A stretch of DNA of 64,000 nt from an uncultured Candidatus Rokubacteria bacterium. GTDB taxonomy: Bacteria > Methylomirabilota > Methylomirabilia > Rokubacteriales > CSP1-6. The stretch is taken from assembly GCA_963747235.1 (NCBI GenBank), contig CAVVEU010000024.1, positions 640,001 through 704,000 on the forward strand. The letters are read 5' to 3'. Within the stretch, counting starts at the first letter, position 1. Each line of letters begins with the position of its first letter. The notes under the pieces are model-generated. The model saw only the letters and a program-made list of their open reading frames with translations. It did not search any database and was not told where the DNA came from. A program made the translations under genes and the position numbers. Of this stretch, positions 41,774 through 53,076 are shown one piece after another.

Positions 41774-42840
41774 ATGTCAAGGTTGACGTGCCGCCTCGGG
41801 TATGCGGGATCGGCCTGGCTCGGTGACCATGTGCGGCCTCCTCGCGGTCGCGGCCGCCGCCGAGGTCGAGGTGTCTCCCGATCGTCGCGCCGAGGTCGTG
41901 GTGGTCGGGATCCCGCGACCCGTGCAGCTCGCGCTGGACCCTTCCGCGGCACCTGGTGATCCTGAGCCATGGCTGGCGAGGCGACGCCGCCGCGGAGCTC
42001 TACCGGTTCGACCTCGCCGCGCTCCCGGTGGACGTCTCACGGCGCCTCGGATGGTCATCCCCTTCTCCCAGGGGCCGCGCAAGGTCGCCTTCGGGAGCCT
42101 CGCCCTGGATCCACGCTCGGGCGACCTCTTCATGGGCGAGGAGAACGGGAATCGTATCTACCGGCTGAGCGCCGACGGCAGCTTCGCCCTGTTCGGGGTC
42201 GGCCTGAACCACCTCCTCGGGGGATCGAGCCTCGCCTTCGATCGACGCGGCCGCCTGGTGGTGCTCGACTACGTCAGTCCCGAGGTCCAGCAGCGCTCGG
42301 AGAGTCCTCCGCCGGCCAGCTTCGAAGGGCTGAGCGACGACGCCTACCACGGACCGGTCGTGGTCCGGCTCGATCCCGCAGGAAGACGTGCCTCTGCCGA
42401 GACGCTTCGATCTGATCGCCCCGACTCCTGCCGAGAGGCTCGGCCCGTCCGGCGGGGATCGAGCCGCTCTTCCGGTTCATCTCGGTGGCGACGACGCGAT
42501 CGGGCACCATCGTGCTGCTCGACTCCGTGGGGCAGCTGCTTCGTGCTGACGGACGACGCGCGTACTCCGGCCACTGGCGCGCTTGCCCTCGGGGCACTAC
42601 CATCGCACCCACATGACGGTGGGGCCCGACGGGAGCGTCTTCGTCAGCAGCGGGTTCCACATCCGGCAGGTCTTCCGGGTCTCCCCGACGGGGGCGGTGA
42701 CCGTCGTCGCCCAGGACCTCGGAGATCCCGAGGGGATCGCGGTGGACGACGCGGGCGACCTCTACGTCGCGGAGAACGCCCTCCATCGCGTCATTCGGAT
42801 CCGCATGCCGGTCAGGCCCCCTCGAGCATCGCCGCGGTGA
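41774..42840 (+). CDS. Exported NHL/SMP-30-like beta-propeller protein (several apparent frameshifts)
   Basis: Blade-like repeats PVQLALDP, LALDPRSGDLFMGE, LAFDRRGRLVVLD, PEGIAVDDAGDLYVAE spread over three frames. Confidence 0.65.
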
Positions 42841-43685
42841 GGCCGCGGACGTATCCGCGGGCGAAGCAGGCGGAGATCGCCACGATCGGGATCGCCATCA
42901 GGTTGATGCCCGCCACCGCGAGCAGCTCGTCGAGCGCGACCTCCATGGTGCCGAGCCCCGCCGGGATGGTCTGGTTGATATCGCTGAGGAGGAAGACCGA
43001 GGCCAGCGTGAAGTCGCTCGCGATGGTGCCGAGCGTGAAGATGCCGGCGGCCACGAGCACGGGGCGGCTCAGGGGCAAGGTGATCCGGAAGAAGGCGGTG
43101 GCCCGGCTGGCCCCTTCGATGAGTGCCGCTTCCTCGATCTCGCGGGGCAGGTGCTGGAAGTACGCCGAGAGCATCCACACGCAGAAGGGCAGCGCGGTGG
43201 CGGGATAGACCAGCACGAGGACGAGCAGGTTGTCGTCGAGCCCGAGGGCGTGGACCACGTGGTAGAGCGGGACGAACAGGATGGTCTGCGGGATGACGTA
43301 GCTCGCGAAGATCACCCTCCGCCACCACCGGAAGCCGGGAGGGCGGAGGCGACCGAGGGCGTACGCGGCGGCGATGGCGGTCCCCAGGGTGAGGGCGACC
43401 GTTCCGGTGAAGACGACGATGGTGTTCTCCAGCCACACGAAGAACGGATAGGATCGGCGCAGGGCGGTCCCGACGAACCCGCGCGGCTCCCCCCGCGGGA
43501 CGAACAGCTCCTCGAAGTTCTCCAGGGTCGGATGAAGGACGATGAGCGGGTTGCCGAAGACGTCCTCCTCCGCGGTCTTGAGCGACTGGACGAGCACGAA
43601 GTAGATCGGGAAGAGGCAGTACACGATCGCGAGCACCACCAGGCCTCGGTGGCCGAGCCTCCCGCCAAAGCCGTCGCGGGTTCAC
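42812..43685 (-). CDS. CUT1 ABC permease, MalG-like (apparent frameshift near 43640)
   Basis: LFPIYF, PFCVWML, EEAALIEGA; GTGA overlap with the upstream permease. Confidence 0.88.
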
Positions 43686-44586
43686 GCGGGCTCCCGGTCC
43701 GGCGGATCGAAGAGCCGGAAGAGCACCAGCAGCGCGGCGAGCAGGAAGGGCACGAGCATCAGCGACAGCGCGGAGGCGGGGCCGAACTCCCCGGCCTGGA
43801 TGGCGAGCCAGTAGGCGTGGGTCCCGATGACCGGAAAGACGATCCGCCCGTTGGTCAGCATCCAGACGTTGGCGAGATCGGCGAAGCCGCTCGTGAGCGA
43901 CAGGAAGACGCCGAGCGCGAGGAACGGCTTGAGCACCGGCACCGTCACCATCCAGAACCGCTGCCACGCGCTCTTCGACTCGAGCGTCGCGTACTCGAAG
44001 AGCTCCGGGGGGACCGCGTTGATGCCGGCCAGGAGCAGCACGCCGATGAAGGAGCTGCCTCGCCAGATGTTGAACAGGGTCACGCTGAGAAAGACCCAGG
44101 CGCCGGTGCCGAGCGCGTTGTCCACCGCGTATTTCAACGTCCCCATGAACACGCTGTAGGAGGTGGTGATCGGGGGACTCAAGGTCCAGTACCAGCCGAT
44201 CACGCTCACGCTGGCCGGGTAGGCCCAGGGCAGGAAGATGGCCAGGAAGACCAGCGTCCGACCCCGGAACGGGCGGGCGAGCAGAAGGGCGAACGCCGAG
44301 GCCCACCGCGAGCTTGGCCACGGTCGTGACCGCGGCATGGACGACGGTGACCGTCGCCGCGAGCCAGAACTGCGGATCCTGCGAGGTGCCGGCGGTAGTT
44401 CTCGAGCCCGACGAACGCGGCGCCGCCGTCTTGGAGCGGCGACAGGCTGGTGAAGCTCGCCCAGACCTCCCAGCCGAGCGGGTAGGCGAGCGCGCCCCCG
44501 AGAAGCAGCAGCGCGGGCGCGAGGAGGAGGTAGGCGAGCCCGATCTCGCGCCGCCGGCGCGCGGCGGCGCGGGCTCTAGAAGGCAT
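43682..44586 (-). CDS. CUT1 ABC permease, MalF-like (apparent frameshifts at about 44290-44390)
   Basis: AYLLLAPA, FVGLENY, NIWRG, degenerate EAA motif FEYATLES. Confidence 0.85.
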
Positions 44587-46734
44587 AGCTGGACTCCCGC
44601 GAGCACGTGGATGGGGGGGGCGGGAGTCAGAAAGCGCTCGACCGGGGCCCCGGCCTCCCTGGGCATTGGGCGCGAAGGTCCCGAAGGTCTCGTACCGGTT
44701 GTCGAGCACGTTGTTGACCTTCAGGAAGGCCTCGACGCCGCGATGCTTGATCGTGATCCCGGCGTCCATGACCCAGAACCCCGGCAGGGGCGCCTGGCGG
44801 TTCACCTCGTCGCCGCGCAGGAACTGGGAGCTCGCGTAACGCGCGTCGAGGCTCAGGCCGAGCCAGGGCCAGGGGCGGTAGATCGAGGCCGGCGTTGACG
44901 CGATGTCGCGGCACGAGCGCGAACGAGCGCCCGGCCGCGACGGTCTGGCTGCCCGGCGGCAGCGGGGTGGCCAGGTCCACGCGGTCCTCGAAGGTCGCCT
45001 CGGTGTAGGCGTAGTTGAGATAGAGGTCCAGCGCGCGGCCTGCCCGGCCGCGAGCGCTCGCCTCGATGCCCTGACGCCGCGTGCTCCCGATGTTCTGGAA
45101 GAACACCCCGGTGGTGCCGGTGGGCGCGACGGCAAAGATGTCGTCCTGCACGTCGCTTCGGTACGCGGTGGCGCTGAGGTCCAGCCACGCGACCGGTCGC
45201 GCGTACACGCCGGCCTCATAGGTCCGCGCCTTGACCGCCTTGAGCGGGGGATCCGGAGCGACCCCGACCTGGAGGCCGGGACACACCGCGCCCGGCCCGG
45301 CGCAGGTCAGCTCGAGGAACGCGGGCGCGCGAAAGCCCTCGCCGTAGCTCACGAAGGCCCCGACGTGCTCGGTCAGATTGACGTTGATTCCGGCCCGCGG
45401 GTTGACCCGCTGGAACGTATGGGTCCCCCCGCTCGGCCCTCCGAGACGATCGTCGATCCGGTGCCGCAGCAGATCCCATCGGCCGGCCGCGGTCAGTACC
45501 ACGCTCGACCGCGGGCCCGCGAAGCCCCGCGCCACCGCCAGGCTGTCCTGGAGATAGACGCCGGCCGCGTCCTGCTCGTCCGCGAGGCTGGCCTCGAGCG
45601 AGCGCGATTCCTGGCTCTCCTGGAAGGTCCGGCTGGTCACGTCGTGCCGCGTGAACTCGGCGCCGGCGATGAGGACGTTGTCGTGTCCGAACACGGCGCC
45701 GGTCGTAGCTCGGCCTGGATCCGGCCGCCCACCGAGCGGGTGTGATTGAGCAGCCGGCTGTTCTCGGCGGTCGCGTTGACGTTGAACTGCTCGACCGAGA
45801 GGTCGCGGACGAACGTGTTGCGCCTCGACGGTCACGTGGTCGGCGAGGCGGTAGCGCGCGTTGAGGATGGCGAGATGCAGCTCCGGCGCGTAGAAGTCGC
45901 CGGCCGTGAAGTTCGCGGTGCGGTCGCGGCCGAGGCGCTCGCTGAGGCAGCGATCCGGCCTGCATGATCCGGTCGTTGCTGTACTGGTACGACACCGCCG
46001 CGTCGAGGTCGCCGGCGCGGGCGCCCAGCTTGGCGAATCCCTGCGAGAGCCGCGAGGCCGTGAAGTCCCGGTAGCCGTCTTCCTGCAGGCTGGGTGAGCG
46101 AGATGTGATAGTCGAGCGGGCGGGCCTCCCCGCTGGCCCGGAGCCGGTAGCGCTGCCGGCCGAAGCTGCCGGTCTCGAGCTCGGGGACGATCTCGCGCGT
46201 GGGCTCGCCCCGGCGGGTGACGATGTTGACGGCCCCCCCGAGGGTGTTCCGGCCGAACAGCACCGAGGGCCCGCGGATCACCTCGATGCTCTTCACGTCG
46301 TCCAGCGGGATCAGGTCGAAGTTGACCTCCTCGACGGTGGGCTCGTTGAGACGGACCCCGTCGAGGAAGACGCTGACGCCCTGGGGGAGGCCGGTCACCG
46401 GGGACGCGGTGAAGCCGCGCAGCGAGAGGTCCGGCTGGAACGGGTTGCCCTGCTCGTTCTGGAGCGTGACGCCCGGGTAGCGCTCGAGGGCCTCGGGCAG
46501 GCCCGCCGGCCGTCCTTCCCGCGCGTCCCGGCCCCTCACGGAATCCACCGCGCTCGGGACCCAGTTGCGGGGGAGTCCCTCGGACAGCGGGACCGGCGCG
46601 GTCACGAGCACGGGAGGAAGGACCACGGGGGCTTCAGCCGGATCGGCGGCCCCTACCGCCGCGGGGCTCGGCGCGGTCGCGATCGTCAGAAGGGCGAGAA
46701 TCGGCACCACCCTTCGGCGAGCGGAACCGACCAT
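44576..46734 (-). CDS. TonB-dependent outer-membrane receptor (several apparent frameshifts)
   Basis: Signal peptide, VLVTA TonB-box-like segment, plug motifs LSLRGF, FLDGVR, IEVIRGP...LFG...GGAVNIVT; GFRAP, VNNVLD; probable C-terminal YAF*. Confidence 0.88.
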
Positions 46735-46784
46735 CCCACGGGGAGTCCGGCTGCCCCGGGTCGACACAACCCGGGGGCGCCTCT

Positions 46785-47643
46785 CTAGCCCTTGACCGCG
46801 CCGGCGGTCAGGCCGGAGACGTAGTAGTCGAGGAAGAGGACGTAGATCGACCACGATCGGGATGCTCGCGAGCAGCGCGCCCGCCATGAGCGAGCCCCAG
46901 AAGTAGATGTCGCCGCGGATCAGGTCGGAGGTGACGCCGACCACCGCGGTCTTGTTCGCCGACTGCGAGATGAAGGTCAGCGCGTAGGTGAACTCGTTCC
47001 AGCAGAGCGTGAAGCTGAAGAGCACCGCGCAGATGACCCCGGGGATGGCCATCGGCAGCACGATCTTCGTCAGCGTCTGCATGCGCGTCGCCCCGTCCAC
47101 GAGCGCGCACTCCTCGACCTCCCGCGGGATGGTCCGGAAGTAGCCCATGAGCAGCCAGGTGCAGAACGGCACCAGGAAGGTCGGGTAGATGACCATGAGC
47201 GCGGTGATCGAGTCGGCGAGTCCGAGCCAGACCACCACCTGCGACAGGGGCAGGAAGAGCAGGGTGGGCGGGATGAGGTAGGTGATGAAGATGGCGGTGC
47301 CGAAGGCGGCGGCGCCGCGGAAGCGCAGGCGCGCCAGGCTGTAGCCGGCCAGGATCGAGATGACCACGGAGATCGTCGTCGCCACCACCGCGACGGCCAG
47401 GCTGTTCTTCATCCAGGTGACGAAGTCCGTCTTCTGGAAGAGGAGCGCGTAGTGGTCCATGATCATGCCGCTCTGGATCCAGAACGGGATCGACTTGAGG
47501 TTGTACAGCTCGGCGTTCGACTTGAAGGACGTCACGATCATGAAATAGAAGGGGAAGAGCACGAAGAACACGTAGGGGGCCAGGTTCGCGTACGCGAACA
47601 CGTTCGACCGGATGCGGGCGCCGCGGCTCCTGGCCGAGGCCAT
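46785..47643 (-). CDS. CUT1 ABC permease, MalG-like (apparent frameshift near 46850)
   Basis: LFPFYFM, PFCTWLLMGYF, EECALVDGA, GDIYFWGSLMAG, TAGAVKG*. Confidence 0.9.
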
Positions 47644-47645
47644 CG

Positions 47646-48584
47646 CTACTCGTTCCTGACGTAGCGGAGCTGGAAGAAGACCACCAGCGCCAGGAGAGGG
47701 AAGATGAAGAGGGAGATCGCCGCGCCCTGGCCGAGGTTGCCGCCCTGGAGGCCGACCTGGTAGGCGAGGGTGGCGAAGAGATGGGTCGTGTTGATCGGGC
47801 CGCCGCGGGTCAGCACCTGCACGATGTTGAAGTCCGCGAAGGTGAAGATCGTCGAGAAGAGAATGACCACCGCGAGCACCGGCTTGATCAGGGGCAGCGT
47901 CACGTGCCAGAAGCGCCCCCACGAGCTCGCGCCGTCCACCTCGGCGGCCTCGTGGAACTCGCGGGGCACCGCCATCAGGCCCGCCAGCACCGTGATGGCG
48001 AAGAAGGGCAGGCCGCGCCAGACGTTGACCGCGATGACCGCGGTCATCGCGTACGCGGACTGCCCGAGCCAGTTGGGCCCCGGCGCGCTGATGAGGTGCA
48101 GGCTGATGGCGGTCCAGTTGACGACGCTGTAGAGCGAGTCGAACATCCAGAGCCACGCCAGGGTCGACAGCGCGGTCGGGATGACGAAGGGCAGGAGCAC
48201 GACGCCGCGGATGATGCGCTTGAACTTGAGATTGCGGGCCAGGAGCATCGCGAGCCAGACCCCGAGCACGATCTTGAGCGTGAGCGCGATGCCGGTGAAC
48301 ACGAACGAGTTCTGCAGCGTCTGCCGGAAGGTCTCGTTGCCGAGGATGTCGCGGTAGTTCGCCAGGCCGACGAAGGCCCCGGGTGACCCGACCCAGTAGT
48401 CGGAGAGGCTGAAGTAGATGGCCATCCCGAAGGGGAAGGCGACCAGCGAGACGAGCAACACGATGGCCGGCACGATGAGGCCGTAGCCGAAGACGTGCTC
48501 CTGCTCCCACCACTCGCGCAGCCGTGACTGGCGGCCGGGCCTCGGGAGCCCGGCCGCCTCCAGAACGCGTGGTCCGACGGCCAT
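47646..48584 (-). CDS. CUT1 ABC permease, MalF-like
   Basis: FVGLANY, NVWRGLPFF, EAAEVDGA, LTRGGP. Confidence 0.93.
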   Translation of the reverse strand: MAVGPRVLEAAGLPRPGRQSRLREWWEQEHVFGYGLIVPAIVLLVSLVAFPFGMAIYFSLSDYWVGSPGAFVGLANYRDILGNETFRQTLQNSFVFTGIALTLKIVLGVWLAMLLARNLKFKRIIRGVVLLPFVIPTALSTLAWLWMFDSLYSVVNWTAISLHLISAPGPNWLGQSAYAMTAVIAVNVWRGLPFFAITVLAGLMAVPREFHEAAEVDGASSWGRFWHVTLPLIKPVLAVVILFSTIFTFADFNIVQVLTRGGPINTTHLFATLAYQVGLQGGNLGQGAAISLFIFPLLALVVFFQLRYVRNE

Positions 48585-48585
48585 G

Positions 48586-49903
48586 CTAGCCGACCTTCAG
48601 CTGTCCCTTGATGGCGAGCGCGATCTGCTCCTGGGCCCAGTCCATGGCCCGCTTGGTCGGCATGCCGTTGACGGCCTTGGCGACCATGTCGGTCATGATG
48701 TAGTTGTCGTCGATGCGCTGCACGGCCTCGCTCGGCTTGGCCGGCCAGCCACGCGGGTGCGCGTAGTCGGCCTCCTTGGGCAGCATGGCGAACTTCGGGT
48801 TCCGCGCCCAGATCGGGTGGTCGGCGAGGTTCTTGAGCGGCGGGTGGTTGAAGGCGTTCGAGGCCACGATCCACGCGTCGAAGTTCTGCTTCTGGAAGAG
48901 GTAGGCGATGAACTCCTTGGCCAGCTCCTGGTTCTTCGAGAACTTCCAGATGCCCGATGCTCAGGTTCGGCGGCGCGGAGTGGATGCCCGCCGGTCCCCC
49001 GGGGCTATTGTGGTGATTGATGTCGTCGGCGATGGGCTGCTTGTTGGCGAGCGCCGCATTGTACGGGCTGACCGGATTGTGGATCCACGAGCCCTTGCCG
49101 GAGAGGATGAAGCGGTTGTTGCCCGCGTCGTCCCAGGACAGGACCTCGGGCTCCATCGCGTCCCGGTAGAGCTCCTTGTACCACTCGATGACCTGTGGCC
49201 GTCTTGTCGGAGACGATGGCGGGCGTCTTGCCGTCGGCCTCGAGCACCTTGGCGCCCTGGGACCACGCCACCGACCAGTACGTCGAATGCGCGTCCGAGC
49301 AGTGGCTGATGGGAATGCCGACCGGGTTGCCCTGCTTCTTGAGCACCTTGCCCTGCTTCAGCAGCTCGTCCCACGTCTTCGGGGGATGCTCGAAGCCCGG
49401 CCTTCTTGAAGTGGGCCATGTTGTAGGTCGCCGGGAAACGAGACCCAGAACCACGGGACGGCCTTCCAGCCGGACTTGGTCTGGCAGCTCTCCGCCGCGA
49501 AGTTGTACCAGCCGCCGCCCTGCTTGCCGATCTTGGCGACCAGGTCGTCCATCGTGACGAGGAGGTTCTCGTAGAGGAACGGGTCGGCGCTCGCGGTCCG
49601 GTACATGTCGTGGCCGGACTGCGACTGGGCCTCGGCCGCGATCTTGGTCGGCATCTGCAGGTGGGCCATGGTGTCCACGCGGACCGTGCAGTTGTTGGCC
49701 TTGCCGAACGCCTCGGCCTGCTTGCGGAGCTCGTCGTCCGAGGCCGGGACGAAGTGGTTCCAGCTGAGGAACGTCAGCTCTCTCTTCTGGGCGAACGCGG
49801 GTGCCTTGTGCAGGGCGAGCCAGGACGCCATCCCGGCCGTGGTACCGGCGGCGGTGCGGAGGAAGCGACGACGGGCGATGCTGCGGGGAGCGGTCTGATC
49901 CAT
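48586..49903 (-). CDS. CUT1 ABC substrate-binding protein with Tat signal (apparent frameshifts near 49430, 49400, 49195, 48955)
   Basis: ARRRFLR; WNHFVP, HCSDAH, WDDAGNNR. Confidence 0.88.
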
Positions 49904-50008
49904 GGAGGTGCCTCCGTGTCGGTCGGGAGGTCTTGGGGCCAGTTGAGAGAACCCTAGCGCGCTTGTCTCACCTCCTCGTGAGCGAAGGCCGGGTCGAAAT
50001 GCTGCCCA

Positions 50009-50038
50009 CTTCTAGCCGGAAGGCCGGGGGCTTGTCAA
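50009..50038 (-). promoter_or_regulatory. Internal sigma70-type promoter overlapping the hairpin after the ATPase gene
   Basis: Minus strand TTGACA-N18-TAGAAG; the -35 lies in the loop of GGCCGGGGG/CCCCCGGCC. Confidence 0.5.
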
Positions 50039-50058
50039 CCCCCGGCCGCCCGGTGTGC

Positions 50059-51153
50059 TTACTTGATGACCGCTTCGGTCTTGGACTCGAAGAAGTGGAT
50101 GCGCTCGGGCACGAAGGCCATGCGGATCTTCTCGTGGGGCTTCGCCTTGACGGACGGCTCCACCCGGCAGACCACCGACTGGCCGCCCACGCTCACGTTG
50201 AGCAGGATCTCGGAGCCGAGCGGCTCCACCACCTCGACCACCGCGTCGAACGCCAGGTCCGCCGAGTCGGCGCCGGAGCCCACCCGCAGATCCTCGGGCC
50301 GGATGCCGAGGGTGACCGCCTGGCCCTTGTAGGCCTGGAGCGCGCCCATCTTCGAGGCGGGCACCTTGGTCCGGAGCCCGTTGGTCTCGAGGAAGATCGA
50401 GCCGCTGGTCTCGCTGACCGTGACCGGCAGGAAGTTCATGGCGGGGGAGCCGATGAAGCCGGCCACGAACTTGTTGGCGGGCTTGCCGTAGATCTCGAGC
50501 GGCTCGCCCACCTGCTGCACGTAGCCGTCCTTCATGACCACCACGCGGCTGCCGAGCGTCATGGCCTCCACCTGGTCGTGGGTCACGTAGATCGCGGTGG
50601 TCTCCAGGCGCTCGTGCAGGCGCTTGAGCTCCACCCGCATCTGCACGCGCAGCTTGGCGTCCAGGTTCGACAGCGGCTCGTCGAAGAGGAACACCTGCGG
50701 GTGCCGCACGATCGCGCGGCCGACCGCCACGCGCTGCCGCTGGCCGCCCGAGAGCTGCCGGGGCTTGCGCTTGAGCAATTCCTGGATGCCGAGGATCTCG
50801 GCCGCGTCCTGCACCCGCTTGGCGATCTCGGGCTTGGGGAACTTCCGCATCTTGAGGCCGAAGGCCATGTTGTCGTACACGCTCATGTGCGGATAGAGCG
50901 CGTAGTTCTGGAACACCATCGCGATGTCCCGGTCCTTGGGCGGCAGGTCGTTGACGACCCGGTCGCCGATGGAGATCTCCCCGGAGGTGATCTCCTCGAG
51001 TCCCGCGACCATGCGGAGCGTCGTGGTCTTGCCGCAGCCCGACGGGCCCACGAAGACCATGAACTCCTTGTCGCGGATGGTGAGGTTCACGTCCTTGACG
51101 GCGTGCACCTCGTCGTACTTCTTGTTGAGGTCCTTGAGGACTACCTGTGCCAT
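50059..51153 (-). CDS. CUT1 ABC ATP-binding protein (MalK/UgpC/MsmX family)
   Basis: GPSGCGKT, FQNYALYPHM, LSGGQRQR, FDEPLSNLDAKLR, TOBE domain. Confidence 0.96.
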   Translation of the reverse strand: MAQVVLKDLNKKYDEVHAVKDVNLTIRDKEFMVFVGPSGCGKTTTLRMVAGLEEITSGEISIGDRVVNDLPPKDRDIAMVFQNYALYPHMSVYDNMAFGLKMRKFPKPEIAKRVQDAAEILGIQELLKRKPRQLSGGQRQRVAVGRAIVRHPQVFLFDEPLSNLDAKLRVQMRVELKRLHERLETTAIYVTHDQVEAMTLGSRVVVMKDGYVQQVGEPLEIYGKPANKFVAGFIGSPAMNFLPVTVSETSGSIFLETNGLRTKVPASKMGALQAYKGQAVTLGIRPEDLRVGSGADSADLAFDAVVEVVEPLGSEILLNVSVGGQSVVCRVEPSVKAKPHEKIRMAFVPERIHFFESKTEAVIK

Positions 51154-51247
51154 TGGTTGCTCTCCCTCAAATAGGTTCCCCGAAGTCGGGTGCTCCGGGC
51201 TCTGGGCGCAGATACTAGCACGGGCACCAGGCCTCCTGGCCCCGGGG

Positions 51248-52099
51248 TCAGCCCTTCACCGAGCCGGTCAGCCCGGTGACGTAGTACTCGACGAAGAACG
51301 AATAGACGATCGCGACCGGGATGGAGCCGAGCAGCGCCCCCGCCATGAGCTGGCCCCAGAAGTAGATGTCGCCGCGGATCAGCTCCGAGACGACGCCCAC
51401 CGGGACCGTCTTCTTCTCCGGCGAGGACAGGAACACCAGGGCGTAGATGAACTCGTTCCAGGACAGGGTGAACGCGAAGATGCCCGCGGACAGGATGCCG
51501 GGCACCGCGATCGGGAAGATGATGCGCACCATCGCCCCGAAGCGGGTGGCCCCGTCGATCCGCGCGCACTCCTCGAGCTCCTTGGGGATGGTCTTGAAGT
51601 AGCCCATGAGGAGCCACGTACAGAACGGGATCAGGAAGGTCGGGTAGGTGAGGATCAGCGCCCACGGCGTGTCGCCGAGCTGGAAGGTGCGGATGATGTT
51701 GGCGAGCGGGATGAAGAGCAGGGTCGGCGGCACCAGGTAGGTGACGAAGATGCTGGTGCCGAGCGTGCCCGCCATCGGGAACTTGAGCCGCCCGAGCGCG
51801 TAGCCGGCCAGGAGCCCGCAGAAGAGCGAGATGACGGTCGACACGCAGGCGATGAAGAACGTGTTCCACAGCCACTTCGGGAACGTGGTCTTGGCCATCA
51901 GGTCCCGGAAGTGCTCGAGTGTCGGCTGCAGCGTCCAGAACGGCGTGTTGTTGGCCGCCCGCCAGGAGCGGTACAGCTCCGCGTCCGGCCGGATCGCGGT
52001 GATCAGCATCCAGTAGAACGGGAACAGGGTGCCGATGATGAAGATGGTGAGCGGGATATAGAAGTACACCCACCGCTTCCACCGCCGCTCGATGACCAA
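51248..52099 (-). CDS. CUT1 ABC permease, MalG-like
   Basis: TTG start; LFPFYWM, EECARIDGA, GDIYFWGQLMAG. Confidence 0.92.
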   Translation of the reverse strand: MVIERRWKRWVYFYIPLTIFIIGTLFPFYWMLITAIRPDAELYRSWRAANNTPFWTLQPTLEHFRDLMAKTTFPKWLWNTFFIACVSTVISLFCGLLAGYALGRLKFPMAGTLGTSIFVTYLVPPTLLFIPLANIIRTFQLGDTPWALILTYPTFLIPFCTWLLMGYFKTIPKELEECARIDGATRFGAMVRIIFPIAVPGILSAGIFAFTLSWNEFIYALVFLSSPEKKTVPVGVVSELIRGDIYFWGQLMAGALLGSIPVAIVYSFFVEYYVTGLTGSVKG

Positions 52100-52103
52100 G
52101 AGC

Positions 52104-53074
52104 CTAGGCCCCTTCCAGGCGGCGAGGTAGCGGAGCTGGAGCCAGACCACGATGAAGAGGACGGGCAGCATGAACAGCGAGATCGCCGCGCCCTCGCCCA
52201 GCAGCCCGGTGGCGACGCCGATCTGGTAGGCGTAGGTGGCGAGCAGGTGGGTGGCGTTGGCGGGGCCGCCGCCGGTCAGCACGTAGATGAGCTGGAAGTC
52301 GGAGAAGGTCTGGATGATCGAGAAGACCACCACCACCAGCGTCACCGGCTTGAGCAGGGGCCACGTCACGTGCCAGAAGCGCTGCCAGCCGTTGGCTCCG
52401 TCGAGGGAGGCCGCCTCCTGCAGATCGGTGCTGATGGTCTGCAGCCCGGCCAGGAGGGTGATGGCGAAGAAGGGCATGCCGCGCCACGTGTTGACCGTGA
52501 TCGCGCACCACATGCCGTAGGTCCCGTCGGAGAGGAACGGTAGCTTGGTGGTGATGAAGCCCCAGTGGTAGAGCAGCCAGTTCAGCACGCTGAACGTCGG
52601 ATCGAACATCCACCGCCACGCGAACGTCGAGAGCACGGTCGGCACGATGAACGGCAGCAGCATCGCGGCCCGCACGATACGCTTGCCGCGGAAGTGACGG
52701 TTCAGCAGGAGGGCCAGCCACATGCCGAGCGCGAGCTTGAAGATGGTCGCCCAGAACGTGTAGAAGGACGTATTGTAGAACGCGGTCCGGAAGATCGAGT
52801 CGTTCCACGCCTTGATGAAGTTCTTGAGCCCGACGAACTCCCCCGGGTTGCCCACGCTGACGTTGCTGAGCGACAGCCAGACGCCCATCACGAACGGGTA
52901 GGCGATGAACACGCCGAGCATCACGACGGTGGGGGCGAGCAGCATGGCGGCCAGCAGCCGCTCGTTCTCGAGGAAGCGCGTCATCCCGGAGGGCCGGGAG
53001 GTACCCGGATGGGGCAGCACGACCTCCATGCCGGCCACCCCCGACCCGCCCGCGATGGGTTTCTTCATCGACAT
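52104..53074 (-). CDS. CUT1 ABC permease, MalF-like (an indel near 52125 appears to fuse it to the next gene)
   Basis: FVGLKNF, NTWRGMPFF, EAASLDGA; probable true end ...RRLEGA* at 52104. Confidence 0.9.
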
Positions 53075-53076
53075 CC

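Noticed and set aside
45832-48513. Permease-TonB receptor fusion ORF
   Set aside because: Produced by a frameshift near 46850; the permease has its own stop at 46785 and the receptor its own signal peptide from 46734
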